From an uncultured Verrucomicrobiae bacterium (GTDB lineage: Bacteria; Chlamydiota; Chlamydiia; Chlamydiales; Rhabdochlamydiaceae), in the NCBI GenBank assembly GCA_963718565.1, contig OY970364.1:64001-128000 (forward strand): a stretch of DNA of 64,000 nt, in the 5' to 3' direction. A program made the position numbers and the translations under genes. Positions 41,657 through 51,929 of this stretch are shown piece by piece. The notes under the pieces are model-generated. The model saw nothing but the letters and a program-made list of their open reading frames with translations, did no database searches and was not told where the DNA came from. The first letter of the stretch is position 1. Each line of letters begins with the position of its first letter.

Positions 41657-41944
41657 ATGGCTAAACGAATCTCGCACCAAGCCAGTTTTAAAGGCAGGGT
41701 AGCGCTTGAGGCATTAAAGGAAGACAAGACACTATCAGACTTGGCCCAACAATTCAAAATACATCCAGCACAAATCACCAAATGGAAAAGTCAAGCAGTT
41801 CAAGGCATCTCGCGGCTGTTTGAAGATAGGCGTAAAAAAAAATCGGCCCCAGATATAGACATTGAGGCGCTTTATGCCCAAATAGGCAGGCTTCAGTCTC
41901 AGCTCGAATTTTTGAAAAAAAAAACCGGGGTTGACAACTCTTGA
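41657..41944 (+). CDS. IS3 OrfA (HTH)
   Basis: FKGRVALEAL…LAQQFKIHP.QITKWK and LYAQIGRL. Confidence 0.88.
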   Translation: MAKRISHQASFKGRVALEALKEDKTLSDLAQQFKIHPAQITKWKSQAVQGISRLFEDRRKKKSAPDIDIEALYAQIGRLQSQLEFLKKKTGVDNS

Positions 41945-42818
41945 GAAACGCAGGTTGATTGAACCTGAACATCCCATGTTATCTGTCGAGGCTCAATGTG
42001 AAGCGTTGGGCCTCCCTCGATCTAGTTATTACTATGCTCCTATAGTAGAGTCAGAGGAAACCCTTGCTCTTATGCAGAAAATAGAAGAATTGCATTATGC
42101 GCAACCCGAATATGGTTATAGAAAAATACATGCCGATTTAAGGCGTGAGGGATTTAACGTGAATGAAAAAAGGATTGAGAGGTTATGGAGAAAAATGGGG
42201 TTTTTATCTGTTCTTCCCAGAAAAAACCTCAGCAAACCCTCCGCATCACACCCGCACTATCCCTATTTATTAAATGGTTTGTGGATTGGAACTCCTAACC
42301 AGGTTTTCAGTGCCGATATAACATTTCTCCCATTGGCTAACGGTTTTGTCTATCTGATTACAGTGACCGATTGGTTTAGCAGATACGTGCTTGCTCAGGA
42401 GCTCTCGAACACTATAACTGTGGATTTTTGTCTTGCAGCACTAGAAATAGCCTTACAGAAAACGTGTCCAGAATATTTTAACACGGATCAAGGGTCTCAA
42501 TTTACAAGCACCGCGTTTCTAGAATTATTGCGGCAACGGGGTATCAAGATCAGCATGGACGGCAAGGGCAGGTGCATTGACAACGTCTATCAAGAGAGAG
42601 GTTGGTGGTCTCTGAAATACGAAAAAATATATTTACATCGTTATGAAACAGTAAGAGCACTGCGTGCTGGGGTTGATGAGTATATCGAGCATTTCAATTG
42701 CAGTAGACCGCATCAGGCCTTATTGTATGCGACACCCAATGAAATTTATCATGGAATCAAACCCAAATATTCAAAAGGAGAGTACAAAGGATTCGAAGTC
42801 AAAAAAGCAAAAAAATGA
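41931..42818 (+). CDS. IS3 OrfB (DDE catalytic domain)
   Basis: Motifs YGYRKI, SADIT, TDQGSQF, DNVYQER…LKYE and RPHQAL. Confidence 0.9.
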   Translation: MTTLEKRRLIEPEHPMLSVEAQCEALGLPRSSYYYAPIVESEETLALMQKIEELHYAQPEYGYRKIHADLRREGFNVNEKRIERLWRKMGFLSVLPRKNLSKPSASHPHYPYLLNGLWIGTPNQVFSADITFLPLANGFVYLITVTDWFSRYVLAQELSNTITVDFCLAALEIALQKTCPEYFNTDQGSQFTSTAFLELLRQRGIKISMDGKGRCIDNVYQERGWWSLKYEKIYLHRYETVRALRAGVDEYIEHFNCSRPHQALLYATPNEIYHGIKPKYSKGEYKGFEVKKAKK

Positions 42819-43430
42819 AAGTTGAAAATCCAAGAACGTTTGTGTACGTATATGCCAAGCATTCCGAGGGCTTTTCAAGAAGCCTGTCCGGCTTATTTGG
42901 GAAAGGCTTGTCGGGGGACTACCGTCCCCCCTGCTCCCGCCTTCGGCGGATGGGGCCCCTACCCCATCCACCTCAGTTTGGGCATTATAAGGTCTGTTTT
43001 TCAGAATAAGAGGAGGGTCGGGGCTTCGCCCCCGCACCCCCGAAAACAGGAAAGTTCTCACTGGAGAAAAAAGAAGAAAAGAAAAAAAGAGATTGTAGGA
43101 AATATAACCTTAGAATAATATGCAGCGAATATGAGCTGCAGAATGGCTTATAGAGAAAGACTTAACACAGAGAGTTACTTATTCCCCTCGATTTTCTGTC
43201 CAACTTTTTGTCGGCAGCGCAGTAACAATATTTAACCTTGGCATGGACTGTGCATTTGAGGACTGGTGGATTCATCCAAGTGCGTTCCCTGCTAATGTAT
43301 TATCTATGCTTGCATCTTTGGATTTGAAGGCAAAAGATAACGACCAAATTATAAATATCATTTATTGCAGTCGGTTATCGAATCCAATCGATTAGAATGA
43401 GGGCATTTTACACAGCTTATAAAATAGTGT

Positions 43431-44133
43431 ATGGAGAGGAAAACGGTTGTCGTCACAGGAGCTTCAAAAGGGATTGGCAACAAGCCAACGTCTGGCGAGT
43501 GTGGGTTACGATGTGATAGGAATTGCTCGCACAGAACCGGAAGAGATGTTTCCAGGTCAATTTCTCTCTTGTGATTTGAGCAGTGAAGGGGAAACAGAAC
43601 GCATCATCGCGATGCTTTTAGAGCGACATCATGTAGATGCCCTAGTGAATAATGTAGGAGCTGGGGGACCTCAACCATTGGGATCTATCGACCTTGCCTC
43701 CTTGAGAGCTCTCTATGATATCAATGTTCGCACAGCAGTTCAAATGACCCAAGGATTCGTTGGTGGGATGAAGGATCGCAATTGGGGACGCATTGTCAAT
43801 CTTGCCTCTAGAGCAATCTTTGGGGTTTCTGGACGTACTAGTTACGCAGCTGCGAAGAGTGCTCTCATTGGTTGTACGCGCGTATGGGCTCTTGAATTAG
43901 CTCCACTAGGTATTACCGTTAACGCTGTAGCCCCCGGTCCCATCGAAACCGTTATGTTTCGTGCAATTCGCCCTGCTGGTAGCGAGGCTGAAAAAGAACT
44001 GTTAGCGCACATTCCAATGGGTCGAGTGGGGGAACCCAAGGAAGTGGCCGCAGCAATCGAGTTTTTGCTTTCTGAAGATGCAGGTTTTATCACAGGACAA
44101 ACTCTCTGTGTGGATGGTGGCGGTAGCCTATGA
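43431..44133 (+). pseudogene. SDR oxidoreductase with an N-terminal frameshift
   Basis: ATG at 43431 gives MERKTVVVTGASKGIG in one frame; NNVG, YAAAK and PGPIET are in another; the shift is at ~43474-78. Confidence 0.82.
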
Positions 44134-45314
44134 TGAAACTTGGCATTGTCACTCGAAAGGATGAAAAAGAAAAGTGGGGTGGTGATCTTAAGGCAATTTA
44201 TTCGATTCATGAAGGCTTAAAAGAGATTGGACAGGATGTTCTGCTTGGTAAAACCGCAGAAGAGTTGGAAAATGTCGATTTTGTCTTATTGTCCAATATT
44301 TGTTGTGATCTGAAAGAAGACTTTGTCGCAATTCAGAAAATGCATAAGTCTTTTGGTGTCATCTGCTTTCATGAAGATCGAGATCAATATTATGGTCCTT
44401 GCTATGGTTTTGCTCATTATGTAGGGCTTTGTCTTCATCAACCTGAGCAGTTATTGGAGCAGTTATTCGAAAACCCAGAGATTGTTTATTATTTTTCCTA
44501 TCAATCGCCTTCTTTTTTCCAAGAGAATTTTTCAATTTTAAACCAGGCGAAAATTTGCATTGCGACATCGCAAACAGAAAAGCAAACTCTACAAAGAGAT
44601 TGTCCTGAATGTCCAACTGAAGCGATTCAATTAGACTGCGGCATTTCAGATCATTTTTTAAAACAAAACGATGATCTGTTTTTGAAATGGACAGGACTAA
44701 AACATAAAGAGTATATTTTACAAGTAGCTCGTATACAACCTCGTAAAAATCAGCTTGCAACAATTCTTGCAATGAAAGATCTCGATATTCCTCTTGTTTT
44801 CATTGCAACAGAGACGAGCATCTATTCTTCGTACGAAAAGCTATGCTTTCAAGCGATTAAAAAATGGCGAAAAGCCCCCACAATCATCATCAGCCAAGCC
44901 CATGAAAATCGCACAGATGGAAATTTACAAATTCTAAAAATGCCAAATGGTGAGATTTTACCTTTTTCAATGCTCGTCAGCGCTTATCAACATGCAGGTC
45001 TTATGGTGCATCCAGCCTTTTGCGAACTTCCCGGACTCGTTTACCTAGAGGCAGCAAAGCTTGGTATACCAATCATTGCTTCTGAATGGACAACAGTAAA
45101 AGATTATTTTACTGATCCAATAACGGGGCGATATTCCTTGGATGATCGCATTTCGTATGTACTACCGCATCATGTTAAGATATTAGAAAATATGATCTTG
45201 AGCCATTTTGGAAAGAAAGTAGATAAAAATTTTATCCATCCTATTTTTCAAAGGCAAAAAAGCGATGTTGCGAAAGATTTAATTCAATCAATTAAGAAAT
45301 ATATTGGTTCATAG
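44130..45314 (+). CDS. Glycosyltransferase (GT4-like)
   Basis: Motifs VARIQPRKNQL and ELPGLVYLEAAKLG.P. Confidence 0.82.
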   Translation: MMKLGIVTRKDEKEKWGGDLKAIYSIHEGLKEIGQDVLLGKTAEELENVDFVLLSNICCDLKEDFVAIQKMHKSFGVICFHEDRDQYYGPCYGFAHYVGLCLHQPEQLLEQLFENPEIVYYFSYQSPSFFQENFSILNQAKICIATSQTEKQTLQRDCPECPTEAIQLDCGISDHFLKQNDDLFLKWTGLKHKEYILQVARIQPRKNQLATILAMKDLDIPLVFIATETSIYSSYEKLCFQAIKKWRKAPTIIISQAHENRTDGNLQILKMPNGEILPFSMLVSAYQHAGLMVHPAFCELPGLVYLEAAKLGIPIIASEWTTVKDYFTDPITGRYSLDDRISYVLPHHVKILENMILSHFGKKVDKNFIHPIFQRQKSDVAKDLIQSIKKYIGS

Positions 45315-45433
45315 GAAGAATTGGGGAGCTATAACGAAGCAAAGCGCAGCAGATCGCCTGTCGCAGCACGCGAATAAGGGAGGGTAGGGGGCAAGTTGGG
45401 TTAATAAATTAATTTCAATGGTTAAATTAAAAA

Positions 45434-45459
45434 TGTACGGGCAAAGCTTTGCCCGTACA
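45434..45459. repeat. Perfect 26-bp palindrome (possible terminator or operator)
   Basis: tgtacgggcaaag|ctttgcccgtaca. Confidence 0.75.
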
Positions 45460-45561
45460 GTTAAAAACTCTTGGTAGCCTAAAAGATCCAATGTTGTTAA
45501 ATTCTGTCTTTGCTTTCAGGTAAAGCTTCCGAATGAACAATTAATCCAAGATGGTCAAGAA

Positions 45562-45837
45562 ATGATGCGTCGTTTCGATGGGAAAGTGTCTCCTAAAGAT
45601 GTTTTAGTGGATGTCATTGCGTTAAGTCGACGCTCTTGCACACACCCGATCCAAGGATGTTTAGCGTATGCAACCAGGGAAAATTTTGTAGGAAAGGCTC
45701 AAAGTTTCCTTCAAGAAATGAATGGTGTTTTTCGTTTTATCCAGAGGACTTTAAGCAATTATGGCCTAATGATGAGCCTTTTAAGCAAAGCTATACGCCA
45801 AATGGAGAAACGTGGACGGCTACAAGGAAATTGGTAG
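45562..45837 (+). pseudogene. Possible D-Ala-D-Ala dipeptidase (M15D) N-terminal remnant
   Basis: LVDV…LAYATRENFVG resembles the YAT..NF.G motif; the rest is missing. Confidence 0.35.
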
Positions 45838-45913
45838 AACAAGCTTATAAGCGATAATGCTGAATTTCTCATGCGATGGGTGCAGCCAATGATAGAAATC
45901 CGTGTGCCTCTTG

Positions 45914-46891
45914 ATGAAGAATAATTTCAAACCAGCTTGGTGGCTGCCTGGGGGCCATTTACAAACGCTGTGGTCCGGCCTAAGAAAAAGAAAAATTAAT
46001 ATTCCTTTGGTTCGCGAACGGCTGTGGCTGCCTGATGGAGATTTTTTGGATCTCGATTGGATTTCAGGTAATGCCAAGGCTCCTATTGTTCTTATATTGC
46101 ACGGCCTTAGTGGATCAATAGAATCAAGCTATGCCAAAGGAATGCTAAGAGCTTTGAAGAATTCGGGATTGCGCGGTGTTTTCATGCACTTTAGGGGCTG
46201 CAGTGGTGAGCATAACAGAAGTGTGCAGTTTTATCATGCTGGAGAGACAAAGGATCTTGGTTATGTTTTGCAAACATTCAATCAGCGCGAACCCACTACA
46301 CAAATAGCTGTTATTGGTTTTTCTCTAGGAGGAAATGTATTATTGAAATATCTTGGCGAAACACAGATGGACAATTCTATTTGCTGTGCAGTTGCTGTTT
46401 CTGTGCCCTTTTTATTAAATCGATTTGCAGACAAAGTTCAAAGGGGAGGCTCATCCATATACCAAAAATACCTTTTATCAAGACTTCGGAATAAAATATT
46501 GGACAAGGCTAGAAGCATGGCGCTTCCGATTGATTTAGAAAATTTGGATAAGATCAAAAATTTTTGGGACTTTGACAATGAAGTTACTGCTAAAATCCAT
46601 GGATTTAAGGACGCTAAAGACTATTACGAAAAATCGAGTTCGTTTCATTACTTATCAAGGATCAAGAAAAAAACATTGATAGTGCATGCTTGTAATGATC
46701 CGTTTTTGTATTTAGACGCTATTCCCCATCAGAATCAATTACCAGTTAACGTGCAGTTAGAGTTGCAACAAAGTGGCGGGCATATGGGTTTTATAGCGGG
46801 CAATTTGCCTTGGAATCCTAAATATTGGCTGGAAGAGCGAATTCCTTCCTATATTCAAGCGAATGTACTAAGAGTCAGTCCACAAACCTAG
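45914..46891 (+). CDS. YheT-family alpha/beta hydrolase
   Basis: Motifs GHLQT, DGDFLDLDW, HGLSGS, GFSLGGN, DP and GGHMGF. Confidence 0.9.
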   Translation: MKNNFKPAWWLPGGHLQTLWSGLRKRKINIPLVRERLWLPDGDFLDLDWISGNAKAPIVLILHGLSGSIESSYAKGMLRALKNSGLRGVFMHFRGCSGEHNRSVQFYHAGETKDLGYVLQTFNQREPTTQIAVIGFSLGGNVLLKYLGETQMDNSICCAVAVSVPFLLNRFADKVQRGGSSIYQKYLLSRLRNKILDKARSMALPIDLENLDKIKNFWDFDNEVTAKIHGFKDAKDYYEKSSSFHYLSRIKKKTLIVHACNDPFLYLDAIPHQNQLPVNVQLELQQSGGHMGFIAGNLPWNPKYWLEERIPSYIQANVLRVSPQT

Positions 46892-46919
46892 TTATACTGC
46901 GCCCAGTCTAGAGAACTGA

Positions 46920-47425
46920 TCACTTGTTGCCCTGATGGTATTCAAGCAATTCGTATCCCCAAGGGAGATCCATGCTGTAGAAAGTTCCATCTTCAGACTG
47001 CAATTCTATCTTCGCGATGCCTTTCCGCAATCCAATCACTTCCGGAGCAAGCTCACAACTTATCGGCCCTTGCAGATCTTGGGAGAGAATTTCCTTTCCG
47101 GAATGTGAGATCAGTTTATATTTCTCCTGCTTTCCAATGCCACAAATATCAAGATCATAGAGTGTGTTGCCGGGTTTTGCGCAAAGTAGAGTTCCTTTCG
47201 CTAAAAGATCTCCCGACTTGTTCTTCAAAAACAGAGGGCGGGGATAGAAGACAATTTCTCTGTATGCGTCTTTGGCAGATAGACGGATCGTTATCTTTTC
47301 TCCTGGCAAATAGCCGCGAGCGCTTACCACAATGCCTGCCGCCATGTTGCAATTTTTACATTTCAGGATACTTTCAGAAGAGAGCTGTGAATAAGGATAA
47401 TAGCGATCGGGAAGCGATTGTAATA
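46920..47425 (-). pseudogene. Hypothetical protein, 5' end cut by IS256
   Basis: ORF runs into the IS256 left TIR with no native start. Confidence 0.5.
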
Positions 47426-48912
47426 GGTAGTGTAACATTGTTTCTGTAAATTCAATTTTTCAAGAAAGTGTTTTGATAATTGAAAAAAAAGTTTGAGATC
47501 ACATTCTCTTAAGTTTAGACAAACAAACAAAAGGAGAGGTTATGATCTCAAACAGCACATATGCCCCTGTAATCAACGCATTAGTGGAAGAACTCGGACA
47601 ACAAGGCTTACACGGCCTCAGCGAACTCTTGAGCAGGCTCTTCAATGAATTAATGAAGACCGAACGAGAGCAGGTTCTTCAAGCTGGTCCATATGAGCGG
47701 ACAGAGGCTAGAAAAGGTTATGCTAATGGTTTTAAAGATAAAACGGTACAGACTCGTTTTGGAAAATTAGAACTCCAGGTTCCACAAACTCGAGAGATTG
47801 CATTCTACCCACAGTGCTTAGAGAAGGGAGAGCGATCAGAAAGGGCATTAAAATTGGCAATTGCAGAAATGTATGTTCAGGGTGTTTCAACGCGGCGAAT
47901 AGCTCCAATTGCAAAAGAGCTGTGCGGCTTTGATTTGAGTTCAACCCAAGTTTCTCGGGTTGCAATGATTCTCGATGAGGAGCTTGAAAAATTCCGCAGG
48001 AGAAATTTAGGTCACATCGTTTATCTTTATCTCGATGCCGATTATCAAAAGGTGAGACACGATGGACACGTCAGAGACATTGCAGTACTAAAAGCTGTTG
48101 GAGTGAACAAAGATGGATTTCGAGAAGTGCTTGGCATTTCATGCAGTTTATCTGAGGCCGAAGTGCATTGGAGGACATTCCTGGAAGACTTACTCTCTCG
48201 AGGATTAAGAGGAGTAGAAATGGTGATTAGCGATGATCACTCTGGGCTAAAAGCTGCACTAAGGGCAGTGCTTCCATCGGTTCCTTGGCAGCGCTGTCTT
48301 TTTCATCTTGCTCAAAACGCTCAAAGCTATGTCCCAAACACGGCAATGCGAGGAGAAATTGCACAAGCGGTACGAGATGTTTATCAAGCCTTGAATCAAC
48401 AAGAGGCTGAAAAACGAGTTAAGGAAACAGTGCAAAGATATGAAAAAAGAGCACCCAAATTTTGCAATTGGTTTGAAATCAATGCAATTGAGGCAATGAC
48501 ATTTTATCATCGGCCAAGAAGGCACTGGAAACAGATAAGGACTGTTAATATTGTTGAAAGGCTTAATGGAGAGATTAAGCGGCGAACAAGAGTAGCAAGA
48601 TTATTTCCCAATGAAGCGTCTTGTGAAAGATTGGTCACTGCCGTGGTATCTGAGATACACGATGAATGGATAAGCGGAAAGAGGTATTTGACGTTAGAAT
48701 AAAATATTGAGGAAAACAACGCTAACACCGATGGAACACTTTTTGTTTAGGGGTGAATTATCTGGCATAAAAAAGTGTCAGATTCGAAAAATTTTTCCTC
48801 AAAAGCAAAGTAAAAAGCCGAAGCGTCTCTGACGCGAGAGGCCGTTTTTATAGTAAGAAATTGACCTAAGTGAAGAAGATTTCAGATTTTACAGAAAAAT
48901 TGTTGCTTGATC
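47426..48912 (+). mobile_element. IS256-family element
   Basis: Imperfect ~25-bp TIRs (ggtagtgtaacattgtttctgtaaa / tttacagaaaaattgttgcttgatc); no clean TSD. Confidence 0.85.
47542..48702 (+). CDS. IS256-family transposase
   Basis: Motifs MYVQGVSTR, YLDA, ISDDH.GL, WQRC.FH and ERLNGEIKRRT…FPN. Confidence 0.95.
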   Translation: MISNSTYAPVINALVEELGQQGLHGLSELLSRLFNELMKTEREQVLQAGPYERTEARKGYANGFKDKTVQTRFGKLELQVPQTREIAFYPQCLEKGERSERALKLAIAEMYVQGVSTRRIAPIAKELCGFDLSSTQVSRVAMILDEELEKFRRRNLGHIVYLYLDADYQKVRHDGHVRDIAVLKAVGVNKDGFREVLGISCSLSEAEVHWRTFLEDLLSRGLRGVEMVISDDHSGLKAALRAVLPSVPWQRCLFHLAQNAQSYVPNTAMRGEIAQAVRDVYQALNQQEAEKRVKETVQRYEKRAPKFCNWFEINAIEAMTFYHRPRRHWKQIRTVNIVERLNGEIKRRTRVARLFPNEASCERLVTAVVSEIHDEWISGKRYLTLE

Positions 48913-48973
48913 GAAATACGGCAACATTATAGCCACAAGTTGCTATAAAATAAACCCAAAACTCGGGTTATTA

Positions 48974-49716
48974 CAGGGTATAGGAAATTAAGAAGAATTT
49001 TTTAAACTTAGTAAGGGTTTTTAAAGTGTCTCTTTTTCACATGTCGGGGACAAAGCACTGCGTGTCCTTTATCCCCTGCTGGCCCCCTTGGGACTCATCT
49101 CGCTTTGCCAAATCGCGTGCTCGTCGGGGGGCCGTGCAAAGCACTGATCCCCCCACGCGCTGACCGCGCTCTCCTGCGCTGCGATTTTGCTTTGCGATCT
49201 GAGTCCATCGGCTGCTCATGCGCTCACTTCCCGCCCTGGCTTCGCCCTTTCGGGCGGGTCCCTTTTCGCGTCGACTCGCAGAGCAATTCTGAATGCAAAA
49301 CAACCCCGGTCTTCTCTTATCAACAGAATGGATGCTTTTTTTGACTCTTTTAAAGAGTGGGCATATCAATGATAAGTGTAAAAAGCCTGATGTTTGATTT
49401 AAGAATGGCTCTGCGAGTCGACGCGAAAAGGGACCCGCCCGAAAAGGCGGAGCTAGGGCGGGAGTGAGCGCATGAGCAGCCGATGGACTCAGATCGCAAA
49501 GCAAAATCGCAGCGCAGGAGAGCGCGGTCAGCGCGTGGGGGGATCAGTGCTTTGCACGGCCCCTCGACGAGCACGCGATTTGGCAAAGCGAGCTGAGTCT
49601 CAAGGGGCCAGCAGGGGACATTGGACACGAAGTGCTGTGTCCCCGACATGTGAAAAAGAAGCACTTTAAAAACTTTTAGTGAATTTAAAAAAATCTTCTT
49701 AATTTCCTGCGCCCTG
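48974..49716. mobile_element. 743-bp non-autonomous fold-back element
   Basis: Arms ~48974-49290 and ~49402-49716 are reverse complements; ends CAGGG/CCCTG; 10-bp TSD cgggttatta at 48964-73 and 49717-26. Confidence 0.9.
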
Positions 49717-49734
49717 CGGGTTATTAATGCCGTT

Positions 49735-49967
49735 GCAGAAAATCGATGATTTTGGCACCTGTTGCCAGAACCCGCATAGCTGGTTCGGTTGGCGGCGGCG
49801 AAAGCATACTTGGATAAGTGGCTGCGAAGACACGAGAAGGTCCGGGGAACCTTCGTAAGTAGCAAAGCAGGTGAGCGAAGAGCGAACCGGGGTCGAAGGC
49901 AGCCGCCGCCAAGGCGATAGGTGCCAAAAGCGCGATTTTATGCGGTGAGGAGTTTTGCAATTCCCTC
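49735..49967. mobile_element. Family B MITE, long copy lacking its left TIR
   Basis: Right end gaggagttttgcaattccctc; interior matches the 27352 and 32519 copies. Confidence 0.8.
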
Positions 49968-49991
49968 AGCATCTTTGGTGCTCCCCAAATT

Positions 49992-51206
49992 TCAAGAATG
50001 GTTAGCTTTTTGCGACATGGCCCACCATAAAACTGCGGAAGCCAGTAGACATTGTATTAAAATGGATAGTGAAAAGGGAAAAGATACCTTGTCAGGAAAA
50101 TGGGACGCAATATTTGTTGCCAGAGCACCCCCCAAATAAGCAAGAAATCCCCATAAGGCACTTGCGCTTCCTGCAAGATGAGGAAAAATCGAAAGACTAA
50201 GACCGATGCAATTCGTAAAAATAAAGGCGATCCCAAAAAAGAGTAAACAAAGCGGGAGAACAATTACAGAAATACTAAGTATGTTATTTGCTGCTAGAAT
50301 TACCATCCCAGATGAAACAACCAAGATCCAAGAAACTCCCATTTTTATTACCCTATTTTGTGGAAAATGATGGATCAAGCGAATATTAAGCGAAGAACCT
50401 AAAAAATAACCTCCGGAAATGAGCAACATCATCCACCCAAAGACTACAGGTGAAAGTCCCAGAACTTTTTGCAGTAAAAAAGGACCCACTACATAGAACG
50501 AGGACAAAATACCATAGAGAAAAAAATCCGCGAGGACATATCCCATAAAAGCTTGGCTCAAAAGTAAGGTGAGATAATTTTTGCCTATTACAACGGGATG
50601 GATCGATTGGCGTTTTGCAGGGTCTTTTGTTTCAGGTAAAAAGAAAAAAGCCCATATCCAAATCATGAAGACAAATATAGCGAGGAAAAGAAAGTTGACT
50701 CTCCATCCCCACCACTCTTCAATATACCCACCTAGCACTGGAGCGACAACAGGAGAGAGCACCCACAAGATTCCTAAAAAAGCAACTTTCTTGGCAAGTT
50801 CTGTACCGTGATAAAGATCTCTTAAAATCGCCCTACAAAGTACATTTGCTGATCCGATGCCTATTCCTTGAATCAACCGCATGATCAGCAGGAATTCTAT
50901 AGAATGAGCAAGATAAGCTCCTACTGCACCACCGATAAATATTAGTAGACCTATGAGAAGAACAATTCTTCTCCCGAAGCGCTCTGAAATGGGTCCATAA
51001 AACAGCTGAGAGAAAGCAAAACTGACTAAAAAATATGTTAAGGTTTGTTGTACAATGCTTTTTGTAGTATTTAGATCCAATACCATTGAAGGTAATGAAG
51101 GCAAGTAAATATCGATTGCAAATTGCCCCAAGGTCACTAACATTAATGCTAGAAAAGCGACCATTCCTTTATTCATTTTTACCTTTGAGACGAATTGCTT
51201 TTTCAA
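49992..51206 (-). CDS. Bcr/CflA-family multidrug efflux MFS transporter
   Basis: Motifs IDIYLPSLP, YGPISERFGRR and RLIQGIG. Start could be the ATG at 51176. Confidence 0.9.
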   Translation of the reverse strand: MKKQFVSKVKMNKGMVAFLALMLVTLGQFAIDIYLPSLPSMVLDLNTTKSIVQQTLTYFLVSFAFSQLFYGPISERFGRRIVLLIGLLIFIGGAVGAYLAHSIEFLLIMRLIQGIGIGSANVLCRAILRDLYHGTELAKKVAFLGILWVLSPVVAPVLGGYIEEWWGWRVNFLFLAIFVFMIWIWAFFFLPETKDPAKRQSIHPVVIGKNYLTLLLSQAFMGYVLADFFLYGILSSFYVVGPFLLQKVLGLSPVVFGWMMLLISGGYFLGSSLNIRLIHHFPQNRVIKMGVSWILVVSSGMVILAANNILSISVIVLPLCLLFFGIAFIFTNCIGLSLSIFPHLAGSASALWGFLAYLGGALATNIASHFPDKVSFPFSLSILIQCLLASAVLWWAMSQKANHS

Positions 51207-51262
51207 GGCTATGTAAAACAGTATTTATAGTCTTTCTTTTTTTTAAAAAACTCAAAAGTATT

Positions 51263-51314
51263 TGGCAGAGTCGCAGCCTGTCAAAATTCACCAAACCTAA
51301 CCGCGCGCCGTATA
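51263..51314. repeat. Family C MITE end fragment
   Basis: Reverse complement resembles 55468-55518. Confidence 0.7.
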
Positions 51315-51929
51315 AAGTCTGGTCAGTTTTAAAATTATTTATTGTCAATACGGCATTTCTATTTTGCTTCTACAAATTACATTTTTAGTTTGCTTTTAAT
51401 ATTTAATTTAAGTTATAATCAATAGTAGATTAATTAATTTAATAATGGTAATTAAGATGTCGATTCAGCAAAAAACAAACAATATTAATGTTTATGATGT
51501 CGTGTCATTGTACGATATCCTGATGAAAAATGAATCTTCCGAAATCAGAAGCACATGTGAAGGAAATGGAAGGCAGATCACCACTTGGTTGGAAACCTTA
51601 TCCTCACCGGATGCCATTCCTAAAACTGATGCAAAAGAAATCACTCGACTGTTCCTCGAGAGATTTAATACAGAGGCACTACCACAATTGCATGGCAATA
51701 TTTATAATCGATGGGTCTTTACCCATCACGTCGAGCATAAAGATATAGAATTCGGCAAGCATTATCTCGAATCACATCCTGAAAGTCCTGTGGTATTAAA
51801 AGCGATTGCTGATTTTCTTCTCGTACATTTAGTCGCTTCATTATCAAGTGCATACAAACAAGAAGATTATGAACGAGCTCAATTAATTTACTCCATTTTA
51901 CCTAAAAAGATCCAGGATAGGATTGAGGG

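Larger units (their letters stand above)
41567..43221 (+). mobile_element. IS3-family element (1655 bp)
   Basis: TG…CA ends; imperfect TIR tgcgctgcc…ggaca; 3-bp TSD GTA. Confidence 0.92.
41021..43395 (+). pseudogene. FkbM-like SAM methyltransferase interrupted by IS3
   Basis: Motifs SQASQD, YLEIGA, IDYLSLDID and TIEHD. After removing the IS3 and one GTA the frame continues PDV-TIFN…FEDWWIHP to TAG at 43395. Confidence 0.85.

Noticed and set aside
48974..49716. Palindrome as an assembly or chimera artefact
   Set aside because: The arms carry many substitutions and small indels, and a 10-bp TSD flanks the element. An artefactual fold-back would give identical arms. Long reads would still be the decisive test.
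49037..49972. Several ORFs of 60-170 aa in the fold-back element and adjacent MITE
   Set aside because: They are mirror-image translations of a GC-rich palindrome with no protein motifs.
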